Assembly (NCBI RefSeq): GCF_001194135.2 | Contig: NC_068992.1 | Coordinates: forward strand, 1,698,333 to 1,762,332 | From: Octopus bimaculoides | Taxonomy: Eukaryota | Reading direction: 5' to 3' | Length of the DNA: 64,000 nucleotides | Shown here: positions 40,270-54,137 of the stretch, one piece after another | How positions within the stretch are numbered: position 1 is the first letter of the stretch | Layout: each line of letters begins with the position of its first letter | The notes under the pieces: model-generated | What the model was told of the DNA's origin: nothing | Seen by the model: only the letters and a program-made list of their open reading frames with translations | Database searches by the model: none | Translations under genes and position numbers: made by a program

Positions 40270-41640
40270 ACATATATTCAGCAGGTTTTGGTGTACTTGA
40301 TTCGCTTCCCTAATGACAATTTGAACAGAACTCTCGACCCCTTTCTTTCCTCCCGCTTGCTATTCAGACACTACATTGTGCGTCTTGCATTGATCCTAGA
40401 GTCTCTCATTGAAGCATCCTTTTCTTATGTATATCCTATACAAGCGTGTTATAAGCCTATAGGTTTTGACCACGTGTTTCTGCTGTTATTTAACTATTAT
40501 CGTTTTACGTGTGACTACCAGCCTGGCCAGCACTACAATCTAAGTATTATTTGTTCGTTTGAAAAAGTTGAAGAGACCTGAGCCGTAGAATGTGAGCATT
40601 CTATATCAACAACCTACTGTAGGGTTCCCCCTGGTGATTTCCAGTTTGGCCATTTTACAACAACCCTTAAGAGAATTGCACTATCAATGTAAGTTTGTGG
40701 GTGACATTTGAACAGTACTCACTTCGTAGTTCATCTAATCGCTTTGCCTTAGTGCTGTATTTATTGTTTTGCATTCCAGCTCCCTACTGAAATGTCAGTA
40801 GATCAACAGGGAAAGGGATCACAGCCCTGTTAGTACAACCTTTCATCTTGCGATATACCGACTTTGCAATTGATATATTTTCTTGCAATTGATATATTTT
40901 CATGTCAGTAGGTTGTTTTCTAACGAAACTGTTCTTATCAATGGCAGTTCATGTTTAACAACAATTATCTTGCCCGTTGAAGTCTCATGTCGATATTCCC
41001 CATAGACTTTAGATAATCTATCAGAAAGTTGCAAATGATTATTCCTGAATTGATTTTTCTTTTTTAAATGTTAGTGTCTGATTGTTCACTATTTTTCCTG
41101 AGTCTGACAATATGTTCCTGCAGAGAGGTAAACCTATTTTGCTTGTTTCCTCTCACTATAATCGATCTGCGCAACTCCGTTCTGTTGGTGAGCGTTAATC
41201 GTAGTAAAGTATGGCAGAATATTCAATGTCCAAAAGTTGACATTTTTAATCTGTGCTAATTGTTCTTTAGCTAGTTCGTGCATCACGGATATTGTTAGGT
41301 GGTCAGTCGGTTTTTCTATTGATTCGCGAGGTATTTGTTCTCTCATGAAATTTCTTATGAAAGCAAATGCTAAAGATTTGTTTAAAATTAGTTGTTAAGT
41401 ACCCATTCAACTGTTTGTATTCTTCACTCATTATTATCGTTTGTTCCTTATCAGTTACTGTTCACTCTTCTAATGGTAGTACATTCATCTCAGTTGTGTT
41501 TATTGCGTCGTTTGCGGTCCATATTGTTTCTGATCTCAGAGTAACAATTCATTGGTCTGGTTCTCTTCTTATTTTCTGTGTGATTCTAATAGTCTGTAGT
41601 GATAGCAGCAAATCGTTGTTTTAATAAAGTTTTGCTCTTA
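40270..41640 (-). mobile_element. Heavily decayed R4/Dong-type LINE (ORF N-terminal region through RT motifs 0-2)
   Basis: The minus strand, across stops and frameshifts, gives in order NVNFWTLN..., PNWKSPG (motif 0), KTYRLIT..YRI (NYRPITC-like motif 1) and E*QAGGKKGV (EQ.G.K+G motif 2). Confidence 0.7.
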
Positions 41641-44600
41641 TCGCAGTTTTTTATGCACTGACGTTGGAGTATATTTCAGATCCCTGGAACTCTATACTCC
41701 TTACATGTAAATTATCGAGGGATCTTTCTTAACCTGTTTATAAAATTAATGCAAATCTTGTTTCAGTTGAAAGGTACACTGGAGTTTCACGTCATGGTTC
41801 TGTGGCCTACTATAGCTGATCCCTATATCTTGTCTAGTCATGGTACATATAATAGTTATCCCAGAAGCTGAATTTCTGTTATTTTTAAACGCTTCATTAC
41901 TGTATTTTATAAAATGGTGCCACTTCGCTTTAATCCAACGAAGATAATCGGTTTTATTTTTTACAAGGCTTGTAATGACGGCAAAATCTCTAGGGGCTAC
42001 TATGAATTACAGGAATATGAATACGTACATAATTAGGCAAATATGGTTGGCGGTGTGTGTAAAGTTAAGGAGCATATAATTTTGCAAATTCACGTTTCAA
42101 ATTATTTTGGTTGCACGCATTTGCCACAGTTGCTCTGGGCTAAGTTGGCAACATCAAAAATCTTATTCTTCCTGGTGTTCATTTTTCTCTTGCTTTTTTT
42201 TAATATATTATTTCCAGACTGTTTTGCGTTTCTCGAATCGATATAATAAGTTGATATGTTATTCTTAAGGAGAAGCTTTGTGTTTGCACTAGAATAGTTC
42301 CAATGAAGAATGACTGTTTCAAGAGATTGTCCATGAACATCGTTGTAAGAGAGGTTGAATCCCTCAAGGTATCCAATTTCATCTTGTCATCAGATGACTT
42401 TATATACGTTCATCATTTTGCAATCGCTGTGTCAATTCCAAGATAGATCGATAATTGCAACATTAACCAAGTTGTTGTTAATTGGAATAGGCTGATGGAG
42501 AAGATATGCAACATTAATCTGTACTCAATTCTCTCTCTCTATATATATATACTGCGATATAGACCAATGTACATCAGGAGTATTCATAAAGTATACACCA
42601 GTAATATTCTGGAGGTGGTCATTGAATTTGATAACCGGATATAATTCCACTTGTAAGAATATTCGCTACCAAATTAAGACTATTACAATACAGTAAAATA
42701 TTTTACTCGCAAGAGGATAAAAAAGAAAAGAATGTATTAATAATTCATCGTCTTTGTACAATTGATTTTCCATTTACGTTGAAACCTTCTGATTCAACTG
42801 GGAAACCATTGAGTTAAATACATTTCCTCAACGACATTTTGGTTTCACTATTTTATATTTATCATAAATCAAACATCATTATATCAGTTGTTCGTTATAG
42901 ATTTTAATAGAGGAAGTTTCGTCGAAAATTCCAAATACGTATAAAAAGTCAATGAAACTTTACTCAAGAGCATGGTATGACGTTCACTAAATAATTAGTA
43001 ATATAACAACAAACAATAAATCATAATCTACATTAGTGTGTTGTAGTCTTTCTTATATTGAAGTTGAATATCTTCACGCTGATATGCTGAGAACTCTCGA
43101 GGAGAGTGTATTTGGTAATATGAATCAGTCCATCATTACAGCTGTGAACCAATATATTTGACTAATGTACAAGGTAATATGTAAATGAGGTTATTTCATG
43201 GGGGACCTACAAAATAAGAGAAATTAAATTCAAACTGTCAACACTTTAAATGTACGAGTACATCGTTCTTCCATTCTTGTTTCGTGTCCCGTCGACTAAA
43301 CAAGATTACTAGACACTTTAAGTTTGCAGATGCGATTTGAAGACATCATCATAGTAGCTTTTGAGTAGAAAATTGTTCACCTTTCTGTTACAGTCTGAGA
43401 CAAAGTATTTAGAGCTAAAGAAACTACTCATTGATGTCACTGCACCGAGATGATACCAGTATGTCGTTCTTTCATTTTTAAGGAACATAGTAAAATCAAA
43501 TCTTCATCATGAAGTCGTGAAAGAAGTAGAAGTGCTAACCATTCCGACATAAGACACATTGATCAGCACCGAAAGAAAGCTAAAAATACGGAGAGTAGTT
43601 AAAATTACTGCTTTATTTCGCTTAAGAATTCAAACAAAATGGGTTTATTACAACTACTACATATAACATCCGACACTTGATTAAGATAATTACAGTTAAA
43701 AGCCTTGTTGAAGCATTCACTCACACGAAATTTCATTCTGAGAGCCAGCAGGTTGTACAGTCATTATTTCATTATTATTTAGATGTGATGAATAAAAATT
43801 TGAAGTGAAGCTTTTGTTTTCGTGCAACCGGACGGCTATTTCTATTGAGGACTGTTTGCCGGGGAATAAACTCACCTGGGAACTGTTGAAATGCTATAGA
43901 GGTGGTTTTTCAACATTACTGAAAGAGAATACAATCGACGCTGTTCTATCATGAATATTTCATTTACAAAAATAAAAAAAAAAACAAGAAATAATTTGCG
44001 TGCATGAGTCTTATTGTTTTGGCTCATGATTTTAGAAAAAAAAAGAGAGAGAGACCTTGTTAAATAGTAAAAAGAGAAAATCTAAATTAAAGGCTGGCTG
44101 TCCCTTAACCACAGAACATAAAATAGTTTTTTTTTTACGCAATACAAGTTAACGATTTTTAAAGTTGCTTCTGTTGTTTTAATGTTTATGTATGTCTGTA
44201 CGTATATGTTTCACAAACACCTAAACCTACGTATACACAACTATACATACCAGCACAAACACACGCACAGACACATACAAACACATACGTATGTGAGTTG
44301 GTGAGTGATGTACAAGAGCAATATTGATTTTCTTCGTTCACGAGATTTTTTCTGATGTTTGCAGTTTTTGTGTATGATTTGTGCCTGTAACTTGAGATAT
44401 CTATGTTAATGTGTGAGTGTATATAATGAGTATAGTTACGTGACTGTGCTTCGCTTCTATTATTTACTTGCCCATGTGTTTACATGTCTTTCTTGGAATT
44501 TTCACTGTTTGCCAGTGTGTGCATGTCTGTTCTGTTTAGAACTCTTTTCACAACATCAGTGTACCTACACAAACAATTATATAAATGTGTGTGTGTGCGT

Positions 44601-44739
44601 AATTGAGTCTATACCTGACGTGCAGACATGTGTGACATCTGCATGTTCTTTTGTTGTTACTTAAACATTGGAGTATAAGTATAGGTATCTGTAAATGATT
44701 ATTTCAATCTAATCGGATATATCTGAGACAAAATATATA

Positions 44740-44783
<44 letters not shown>

Positions 44784-44785
44784 TG

Positions 44786-44857
<72 letters not shown>

Positions 44858-45717
44858 TACAGAGAGAGATTGCTAGACAATAAAGGGAAGACGACATGCT
44901 TTTTCGTTTACGACAATATGAATTATGTCAAAATAAGTTCTTGCTTAACTTATGTTAATTGTCTCTGTGATTGTGACTGGGTGGTTGAGACATTAAAAGA
45001 GCCGGACTACAGATTTACACAATAATTTCAGTGGGAACTAATTACATTCACACAAAGGACCCGGTTGTGCTTTGGTTTCTTCCGGTGTAACCAAAAGTAG
45101 TAGTGTATTTTGCGTTCAATTAATTAAAACTAGCACCTGCAGATACTCAAGATACCGATTTCATTCTCTTACAGCGATCGTTGATTTTGCTGTATCATGA
45201 GAAGTAACTCGTAATAAAACAAGATTCGTAATTTGAAAGAATCCATGCATCATCACCACATTCTAAAATGCAGCCGAGTATATTTGTTATCAAATTCTCT
45301 AGTTTTTAATCTGATTATTTTTATCCAATTTCTTACGCTGCTTACTGTTGTCATCAATGTTGATATATCATGTTCCAGCCATAGGTCGATGATTGCAATG
45401 CTGGCTAATATTATGATAATTTGGACAGACTGATGAAGAAGCTATGCAATATTAATATATATTCAATTATATTTATGGATTACAGTTGGTAAAAGATAAT
45501 CCTCAAGATGTTTTGCGTAAAAATGACGTCCGAAGAAGTAAATAGCATGAATCAAAGTGAGACGAAAATCTTTATTAGACCAAATTATGGAACAATACAT
45601 GAACAATATACAGATTTATAATACCTTTACATACACGCTGGCGCTCACTCACAAGCACATGTATTAATTATTCTGATGCGAATATATTGTTGACCATAAT
45701 CTTGAACAGTTCTATAT

Positions 45718-45890
45718 TTAAGAGATGAGGAATTATGTACATTATTTACATTATTTACATTTGACGGATATTTGTCCTAATCTTGTTTGTTGTTAACACG
45801 ACGTTTCGGCTGATATGCCCTCCAGCCTTCATCAGGTGTCTTGATGAAATTTCGAACGTGGGATCTCATTTCTAAGGTATTTCTCGATCT
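45718..45890 (-). mobile_element. Short Penelope-like terminal repeat (pLTR-like unit) containing a hammerhead
   Basis: A unique ~170 bp unit with an internal ATTATTTAC duplication that carries the hammerhead core below. The Penelope assignment is inferred from the minimal-hammerhead architecture. Confidence 0.55.
45795..45840 (-). ncRNA. Minimal type I hammerhead ribozyme motif (family A)
   Basis: Minus strand: GACAC-CTGATGA-A-GGCTG-GAGGGCATAT-CAGCC-GAAA-CGT-C/GTGTT. Stem I has 5 bp, stem II has 5 perfect bp, all core nucleotides are canonical, and the GUC triplet predicts cleavage between 45800 and 45799. Confidence 0.8.
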
Positions 45891-47528
45891 TCTTCTTTTA
45901 TCAGGACACTAAATGTTGTGAAACTCCCGATAAATTATACTCCGAAAAGTTAAACTCCATGAATAAACATCTTTAAAATTTCCACAATTTTGTTTTGCCA
46001 ATGTTTTCTGCTTCAGTTCTAAGAACAAGTATTCATTATCCACCAAAAATACATTATCATAACCACTCAAATATAAATCTGATGCTTCTAGAAACCTCTA
46101 AGTTGCTGCAAATACTATGCTTTATTGTTACTGTGGACAATAGTTCAGGCCTTATCGTTTGTTCGTCTATTGTAAATTTCATCGGCAATCAGCAAATAAC
46201 CAGACACGTTGCTGCGCCCTACACAGAAATAATCAGCGAGATATTACCCACAAAGTGATTGTCATTATTTAATTGCGTAGGCCTATTGTCACAATGCAGT
46301 GGATTTCTGCTTTGTGTAGCTGGCGGGTATTGGACCATTTCCACTCTGTCATTCATGATTCGCTTTTTCCCGTCCTTACATCACATATATATCGTGTATG
46401 AATAACATAAGTTACATTAACCCATTCCAGAAGGTCGACTAAATTAGATTCGGTTATTTCGTAGGAATCTTTATCACGTGACTGTCAAATAGAAACTGTT
46501 GAAGATGAATAATAGCACCAGTCTCGGGAAAAGGGCGAGCAAGGCGGGTTCATCCACCTCGTCCACACTAAGTCAATGAATAAAAAAAATACATTGTGCC
46601 GAGGAATTCTTATTTTCAGTTCCGTCCAATACAGCAAAAGTCTGATGTTACTTCCTACTTTAAGCAGCTAAAAGTGTAAATATGTTATTGATGTGTTTCA
46701 TACTTACGACAACACGCAACCGTTTGCTGCATTTTCTACCTTGCCACCAGTTTGTTGTTTCTATAATGTAAAATTCACAACGATATACGCAGGTTTACAC
46801 TCACGAAATTTTATGCATTTTGACGCTGGAATGAATTCTAACCCAACTGTAATTTGTAGACGCAGTTTTTGTTTCCTTTTTCACACGCAATATATCATTG
46901 ATTAAATAAAGAATGCGCTTCAGTAAGCGGTGATATCTGAATAATCATAGTTTTATTTCAGATCAATGTATACTTTACTCAGAGGAGAAGCACAAACCAC
47001 AGGCAGCTTTCAAGATGCGAAATAAATATTAAAACACAACGATTGCTTCAGGAGCGACGAACGAATAGATTCTTCAAAGTTTTTAAGAGGACTTTATGAG
47101 ACACAATCACACACACAAACGCATAAACTGAGAAACGAGTATATACACACAGAAAAACATACAGATGTGATTGTTTATTTGCTGCGAGCATAAGCATCAC
47201 AGAAATATGCATATGTAAGTATTCGACTCTCTTGTCTTTTGTTCCCTCTCTTTCTTTCTCTCCACCTCTCTTTCTCTTTCAATCGCAGTTCTTTCTCAGC
47301 ATAAATGTATGCTCCTGCGCACCCGTCACTGGGTGTGTCCACATATGTACACTTACACCCACATTCGCGTGCATACGTACATAATCCCGCACACACACAC
47401 ACGCACACACATACATACAAGTGCAAATACGCACACACACACACAATATTCAAGTATTTTTATACAGGTTTTATTTATATTTGCGTTTATTGAAAACGTA
47501 TTGAAAGATATGTGTGTGTGTGTGTGAA

Positions 47529-47609
<81 letters not shown>

Positions 47610-47627
47610 AAGAGAGAGAGAGACTCT

Positions 47628-47661
<34 letters not shown>

Positions 47662-50600
47662 CTGTATGTGTTTTTGCAACTGTAGATAAGTACAAATATT
47701 AAAACACGCAAATAATTGGAAATACACAGAAATATACAAATATATATATATACACACACACACTTATATATTTAGATAGCTAGATATAGATATATTTATA
47801 TATACGTATATATGTGTATCTCTCTCTATATATACATACACACACACATATATATATAAATTGATGCACAAACATATACCTACTCACATATGCGCATACG
47901 CACAAACACGGACACGCACACACTGACACGGACACAAGAACACACAAAGGGACGGGCACACCCATACGCACACACATTTGTCTTTCCAGTTTTGGAGGAC
48001 AAATGCCTGAGAGCGCGCTATGTTCTTCGTTGTCGGCTACTATCTGTTATTCCCATCTTCCAGAATGATCGTATGCGATGGTTATACGCGCAGGACTCCT
48101 TGCAGCTTACCACGTTGAATATAACGATAATGAATATGACCTGTGGATGGAAATTTTTACATATTTTTAATGTATTGCGAACATGCAGTTCTGCATCCCA
48201 CATTTTCCCAAATGAACATGTGCGATGCAGAAACACATGTCTCAATACATTAACAAATTCTAAAAAAATTCCATTCACAAATCATTTTCCTTGTTATTAT
48301 AGTTTTGTTTTGTGCTGAACGGGGACACTAAACTCTCGTGTTCGAAAATTGTGTGCCATATAGCCACTAAGAAACGATGCTTCCTGGACCTAAATAACTG
48401 TAACATTCGACTGCCACGTTATGTTGGCAAATAATCTTTAATCTAGTATATTGTTACTGCATGTCCCTCGTTGAGAGATTTACAAATAGAATTTTTTTTA
48501 TTTTATACAATATATTATATTATATCTTATAAACTATAGTTACGAAATATCACTTTTCGCAGGATTTAACTACTACGATTATCCAAGTGCCAACTCAGTT
48601 CACATCCTAAAAGTATGTTCACACCGTAGATGACATTAACCATGCACTCTTCTATCTAGTCATGTTTGCCTGCCCACTTTAATCCACTCGTATCCCTTGT
48701 GACTTGATACCCACTGAAACAGGAACACATTATATATATTATATATATATAACATTTGAACAAATAAGAAAAGACGATTAGAGTGTGTAATTGTTGAGCA
48801 GAGCACCGGCACAGTTTAGGTCACCTGTTGTCAGCCGCAGTCATGGTACACTTCTATGTTGGATCTACTTCAGAAACTCCGCAGGGGATGCATTCGGTTT
48901 TAAATCTTTGCTAGATACAACATGTGTCTCATCGTCTACAGATTTTTAGTGTCGCTGACTTGTTGTTATACGTCCATCAAGTTAGGGAATGAAGGAAAGC
49001 AAATAATTATTTGATTTATTTGTGTGCTTTTGTGCGTGTGTGATATTTTGGACTAATGAGTATTTGAGTAAAGCACTGGCACAGTTTTGGATACCTGGTA
49101 TCATCCACCGTTGGAATATATTTCCATTGGATCTACTTCAGAAATTCCGCGGTGTTAATTGGGATAATAAACGATTAAGCAAACAGAAAATGGAATTGAT
49201 ATAACTGTTTAGTTTGTACGACGATCGTTTCGATTCATCAAGCACATATAGTTTGTTTTGTTTTTTTTGCGTGCTGTGCATTTTGTATTTCGAATCAAAA
49301 TGTTATTCTTACTTTTTAATTTGGGTTTGATAGCATTTTACAATACTGTCTGTGTTAAACACAAATGCTTCGAGTACGGACGGTAAATATTTCCATTTTC
49401 TCCATAAAATATGTGCTACATATAACTAGTTTAATTAGTTTATAACCGTTCTAGCAATGAGTTTGATGCATTCATTATGATTGTGTTTTTACTGTATCTA
49501 CTCATTGTGTCTACATTCTGATGGACGAATTTAACCAAATGATGTAGTACTCTGCCATTATCAGAATACATGTCCTGGGTCTGTATTTGCAAGTTCGATA
49601 CTTTAGTTATTCTCCTACAAGCAGTTCTGTTCTAAGTATACAAAAGTTTGTAAATAGTTGTAGTAAAAGATAGGAAATACAAGAACTATAAAAGGAATAA
49701 CGCCACGTTAATCTGTTTGAAGTGTTGTCTATAATAATGACTAAAAGATATTTTAGATAGAATATCATACGATGCAGCACACTGAAGAATGTATAAAAAA
49801 AGATATCATTTTAGCTCTTGTAAGTGATAATTTATTTTTGATGGCTTTTGATGTTTCTTATTGTAAAATACACTTCATTGATTCTATACAGATTCTTTGT
49901 TATACTTTCATAACGTGTTTTACTCTATTCTTCGAATTGAAGATTAGGAATGATATTATGTTCAACTTAGAAATATTGTCCATATGTCAAGCTGTAGACA
50001 GCCAGGCGGAAATTCTAACAGAATTATAAAGAAAAATAAATAAAAATGTCTTTTGCAAATATTGAGTGAGTAAATCTTCTCGAAAAGAGGGGTAGGATTA
50101 TGCTGCTTGCTTTTTTTATGCTTGAAAGCGATTATCATTCAATAGCTTAAATCACACATCTATCGGGTTCTAATGACAAAGTTTCTAGACTAGAATGAGC
50201 AAAAACATTATGTATAAGAAGATGTATAATAGTCATTGAATGGTATATAATATTGTAGCCGAGAGCAGTGACGGAAACGGAGTGACACACAGTGTCTTGT
50301 TACACATTCCCGAATCACACTGACGTGACGTAGTGAAAGTTTCATGCCTAATAACTCTCACGCCCTTTGGGTAGGAATTATTATTTTTGTTGTTGTTATA
50401 AATGGAGATCTCCAGTCTTCGCCTCAATTTCTGCAAACTTAATTTAAAGAGAAATATCATTAAGTGAAAATCTGATAAACTGCTTTAGATTTGCCCAGAA
50501 AAATCTTGTAAATTATTCCTTGTTGATATGATATATAATGGCGATGATAAATTAAAATAGCATTACTGTAACTGAGCCACAATTCTAGTCACTTTCAACC

Positions 50601-51424
50601 GAGAAGGTACATAAAATAAATACTCCCTTCATGAAATATAGTCGTGCAAAAGTAACACGACTCGAAGTTGTGGTCAGCAAAGCTAATTGATTACAGTATT
50701 TCTCACACATATTGTAAGAAAGAAGTTTTTCTTCCTTCGTTTATAGTTTTCATCCACCTCGACCAGAAAATGATATGCATTGAAAGATCAGCTTGAAATA
50801 TGTTTGTAGAAGGGAGAATGAAAAGGGCGATGTCTATGTTCTACCCAATAACATTTTGAAAGTAAAATTAAAATATATTTAGACTATATCAACGTTATCC
50901 AGATATAAGCTTACATCACTGCCATTAGGCGCTTCTTTAAAGAGCAAACGATTAAATCACCACTCAGATAGAAACGATTGTCTCGCTTTATAATTATCAA
51001 GACAACTGATAAATAAAAATTCCTACAATTTGACACGGAATTCTGGGTATGTGAATTCACATGTAAAGTAACATTTTCTTTAAAATTCTCGATAAACGAT
51101 ATTTTGGAAGAGATGTCTTTCACAATTTCCCTTCGCCAAACAAATTTAAATAGAATCTTCAATTGTGAGTAAAACACGGCAGGTAATTCGCTTCTACTGT
51201 GACACATTTCATCGTTTGCTGCAGTTACCACTATTGACTACAATAAGCAACAAAACTTGATATGAAAACTCTCTCTCGTAAGTGATGAATTGTCAATGTC
51301 ATTAGAATATAGATGAAAACGGTTTGTGGTATCTGTTCCGACTCTGTATACTCAGAATTTAAATGCAGCCCAGTTTAACTTCGTCGTTATTCATAGGAAC
51401 CAAGAAAAAATAGCAATATACGAC

Positions 51425-51510
51425 GTTGGATTGGCAGAAATGTAAGAACGTCGGAGAAAAAACCTGATGGTATTTAATCTATGGTTAAGTTCTACCAGAG
51501 CCAACGTGAC
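51425..51510 (+). mobile_element. Very diverged SINE family 1 head
   Basis: GTTGGATTGGCAGAAATGTAAGAACGTCGGAGAAAA...GGTATTT resembles the family 1 head. Confidence 0.4.
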
Positions 51511-51723
51511 TGATCGACTAAATCTTTCAAGCGGTTAAACAAATGCTTCCGGTACTTGGGTAACTTTAAGCGAATATATTCCATTGTAAATCTTCGTCCA
51601 GATACCGTTTTAAATGTATTTTAATCCAACACTCTCAAAGTGCAAAAAGGGCATGGATACTACCTTCGTTCATTACTAAATGTTTAATTAAAATCTTTAA
51701 TTTAATGTTGTTTTTGATTCACC

Positions 51724-51772
<49 letters not shown>

Positions 51773-52000
51773 CAACTATAGCTAGCACCATGGAATGCCC
51801 GCATTAACCAATAGTGACAAGGCCACTATTTGTTAGAAATAGTTCCCAAATCCCCTGCAATAATAATTCTTAATATAGGAAGGACAGATTGAATGCCGCG
51901 ATCCTAGATTTACACGATTTCATTATCGAATCTGTGCTCAATTATTGTTGAGGTGGCTGATTAGCAAATAAGTTTGGCAGCAGCAACAATTTCAGCATCT

Positions 52001-52198
52001 GCTGCAGTTGCCACTAGTACCTCACGTACAACTACTGCTGCTGATGCTACTAGAACAAAGACTACTGCTGTAGTTGCCACTAGTACCTCACGTACAACTA
52101 CTGCTGCTGATGCTACTAGAACAAAGGCTACTGCTGCAGTTGCCACTAGTACCTCAAGTACAACTACTGCTGCTGATGCTACTAGAACAAAGACTACT
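52001..52198 (+). repeat. Minisatellite, 3 x 66 bp, open as a Thr/Ala-rich reading frame
   Basis: Units start at 52001, 52067 and 52133; each encodes about AAVATSTSRTTTAADATRTKTT in the 51974-52297 ORF. Confidence 0.9.
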
Positions 52199-54021
52199 GC
52201 TGCTGCTGCTGCAGGTTCGGAAACTATAATTGCAGAACTAACACTACGGTGTACTCTTAGTGACTACGCCATCCCCTTTTCAAGTTTGTTTGCCTAATCA
52301 ATGACATATACGAAAATAGCGTCTCTGTATTTAACGAAGTTTCAGGCGCTCAGACAAATTTTATGAATATTGTAAAATAATGTCACATTGAGACAGATAT
52401 GTGTGCCAGTCACTTGTTTTTCAAAAGCAATGACACACTGTGGGTTAATGGCCGCATTAATATTCACAGATATTTAATCATGATTCATCAAGATTGACAA
52501 ATGCATCAATGATATGTAAGACTGTTACGTGAAAGCGGACCAACAGCATTAGAAGACTACATAAGTATGTAATGAGAAGTCCAGTTTAATAAAGAAAGAA
52601 GACATGATTTTAGAAAAAGAAACGTTGTGTAATATATTTCTATGGTGAGTTTGAACTCTTCAAAAAGAAGAAACTTGAGAATCTGTACGTATTTTCTTCA
52701 GTTGCAGAAACATCAGGCTTTCTTTCTCAAATTACACTCTACCAACTGAAGACAAAAGAAAAGATAAAACAGACAAGAGCAGTCCTAGGATTATTATACT
52801 GAATAAGGCTTAACTGATCGTTCAGGGCTTTGCTGACGATCGCAGCAACACACGAAACAACGGTTTGAATTTTGATTGTTATACTTCATTATGCCAGTAT
52901 TATATCAAACTCAAACCAAAGAGGTCTGTTAGATTCTTCTCACAAGCAAAATTATGACATTTCATTCAGAACCCATTCTGCGAACGACAAGTATTTTCAT
53001 ACATATCGTTCATACAATGGTTCGACTTTTCATTTATTTATTTATTTTTAGAATTCTATTATGGTAGCTTTGTATTATTTAGATGCCATTAATGGGTTAC
53101 TTAGAGAGTCCGTTAAGTGTGTGTATGTATAAAATTGCGTGTATCCATGTATAAAGGTGTATATGCGTATATACAAATGTGTGTGTGTGCGTGTGTGCGT
53201 TCTATTTTGTGTTTTTTTTACTCTGTGACTCATCTCATTTGCTATCAACCAATATCGATTTCTTACGCAGACAGTGGAGGGAATTATTATTAGCAAGGGC
53301 AAATACAATTACTGGTCGTCATGTGTCTCACAATGGAATTATTGACAGAATTGATGTGATATTTCTACATTTGGCAATTAAAAGTGTGTCACGGATTACA
53401 GCCTAACGGCAGATTATCTCTCTTTCTACATAGAACCGCAAGGTTTGAGATATATATCAGCCAGATATAATGAGATTATATGATTTTCATGCCTTTTGCA
53501 AAACGTTAACAGAAGTATAAAAACATTGTTGATGTCTCCTATAGCAGCTAGACAATGAACAGAATTTAGAAATATATGCTTTCAGAATGTTTGCAATTAT
53601 GGAGACTGTTCAGTTTTATTATTGAAGACGAATATTTGGTTTAATTCTTCAGAGACAGTGTTTGAGGAAGAAGTTTTAAGTGAATTAATATAATATATAT
53701 TTCAATAAACGGCAGTGCATATATAGAGTTTCTCACTAGTGAGGTAATTGTTTTCAATTATTATTTCAATATACATACATCTACATAGATAAGTATGTAA
53801 ACATGAGAGTAAATAAATAACAGTGAAACAAGAATTACATAATCGACTTCATTAGCTTACAACTGTTTCTGCTAAGCGTTGTACATGTGTATTGAGCTCA
53901 GACAACGGATTATTGGTATCACAGAAGTGGAAGAGTTACAGACATATATGTATGTACATACATACACACATACATACATGCACACGCACATAAAATTATA
54001 TACATATATACATATATAAAC

Positions 54022-54076
<55 letters not shown>

Positions 54077-54137
54077 ACAGGAATGGCAACCAAAGAAAGA
54101 AAGAGACCCCGATATTATGCAAATAGAGGAATTTATC

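Noticed and set aside
40864-40901. 19 bp tandem duplication TTGCAATTGATATATTTTC x2 (similar small duplication near 36697-36736)
   Set aside because: Ordinary replication-slippage duplication within decayed sequence.
52833-52869. CTGACGA...GAAAC-AACG-GTT hammerhead look-alike
   Set aside because: Stem II (TCGCAGCAACACAC) cannot pair and stem I is weak; at best a decayed relic.
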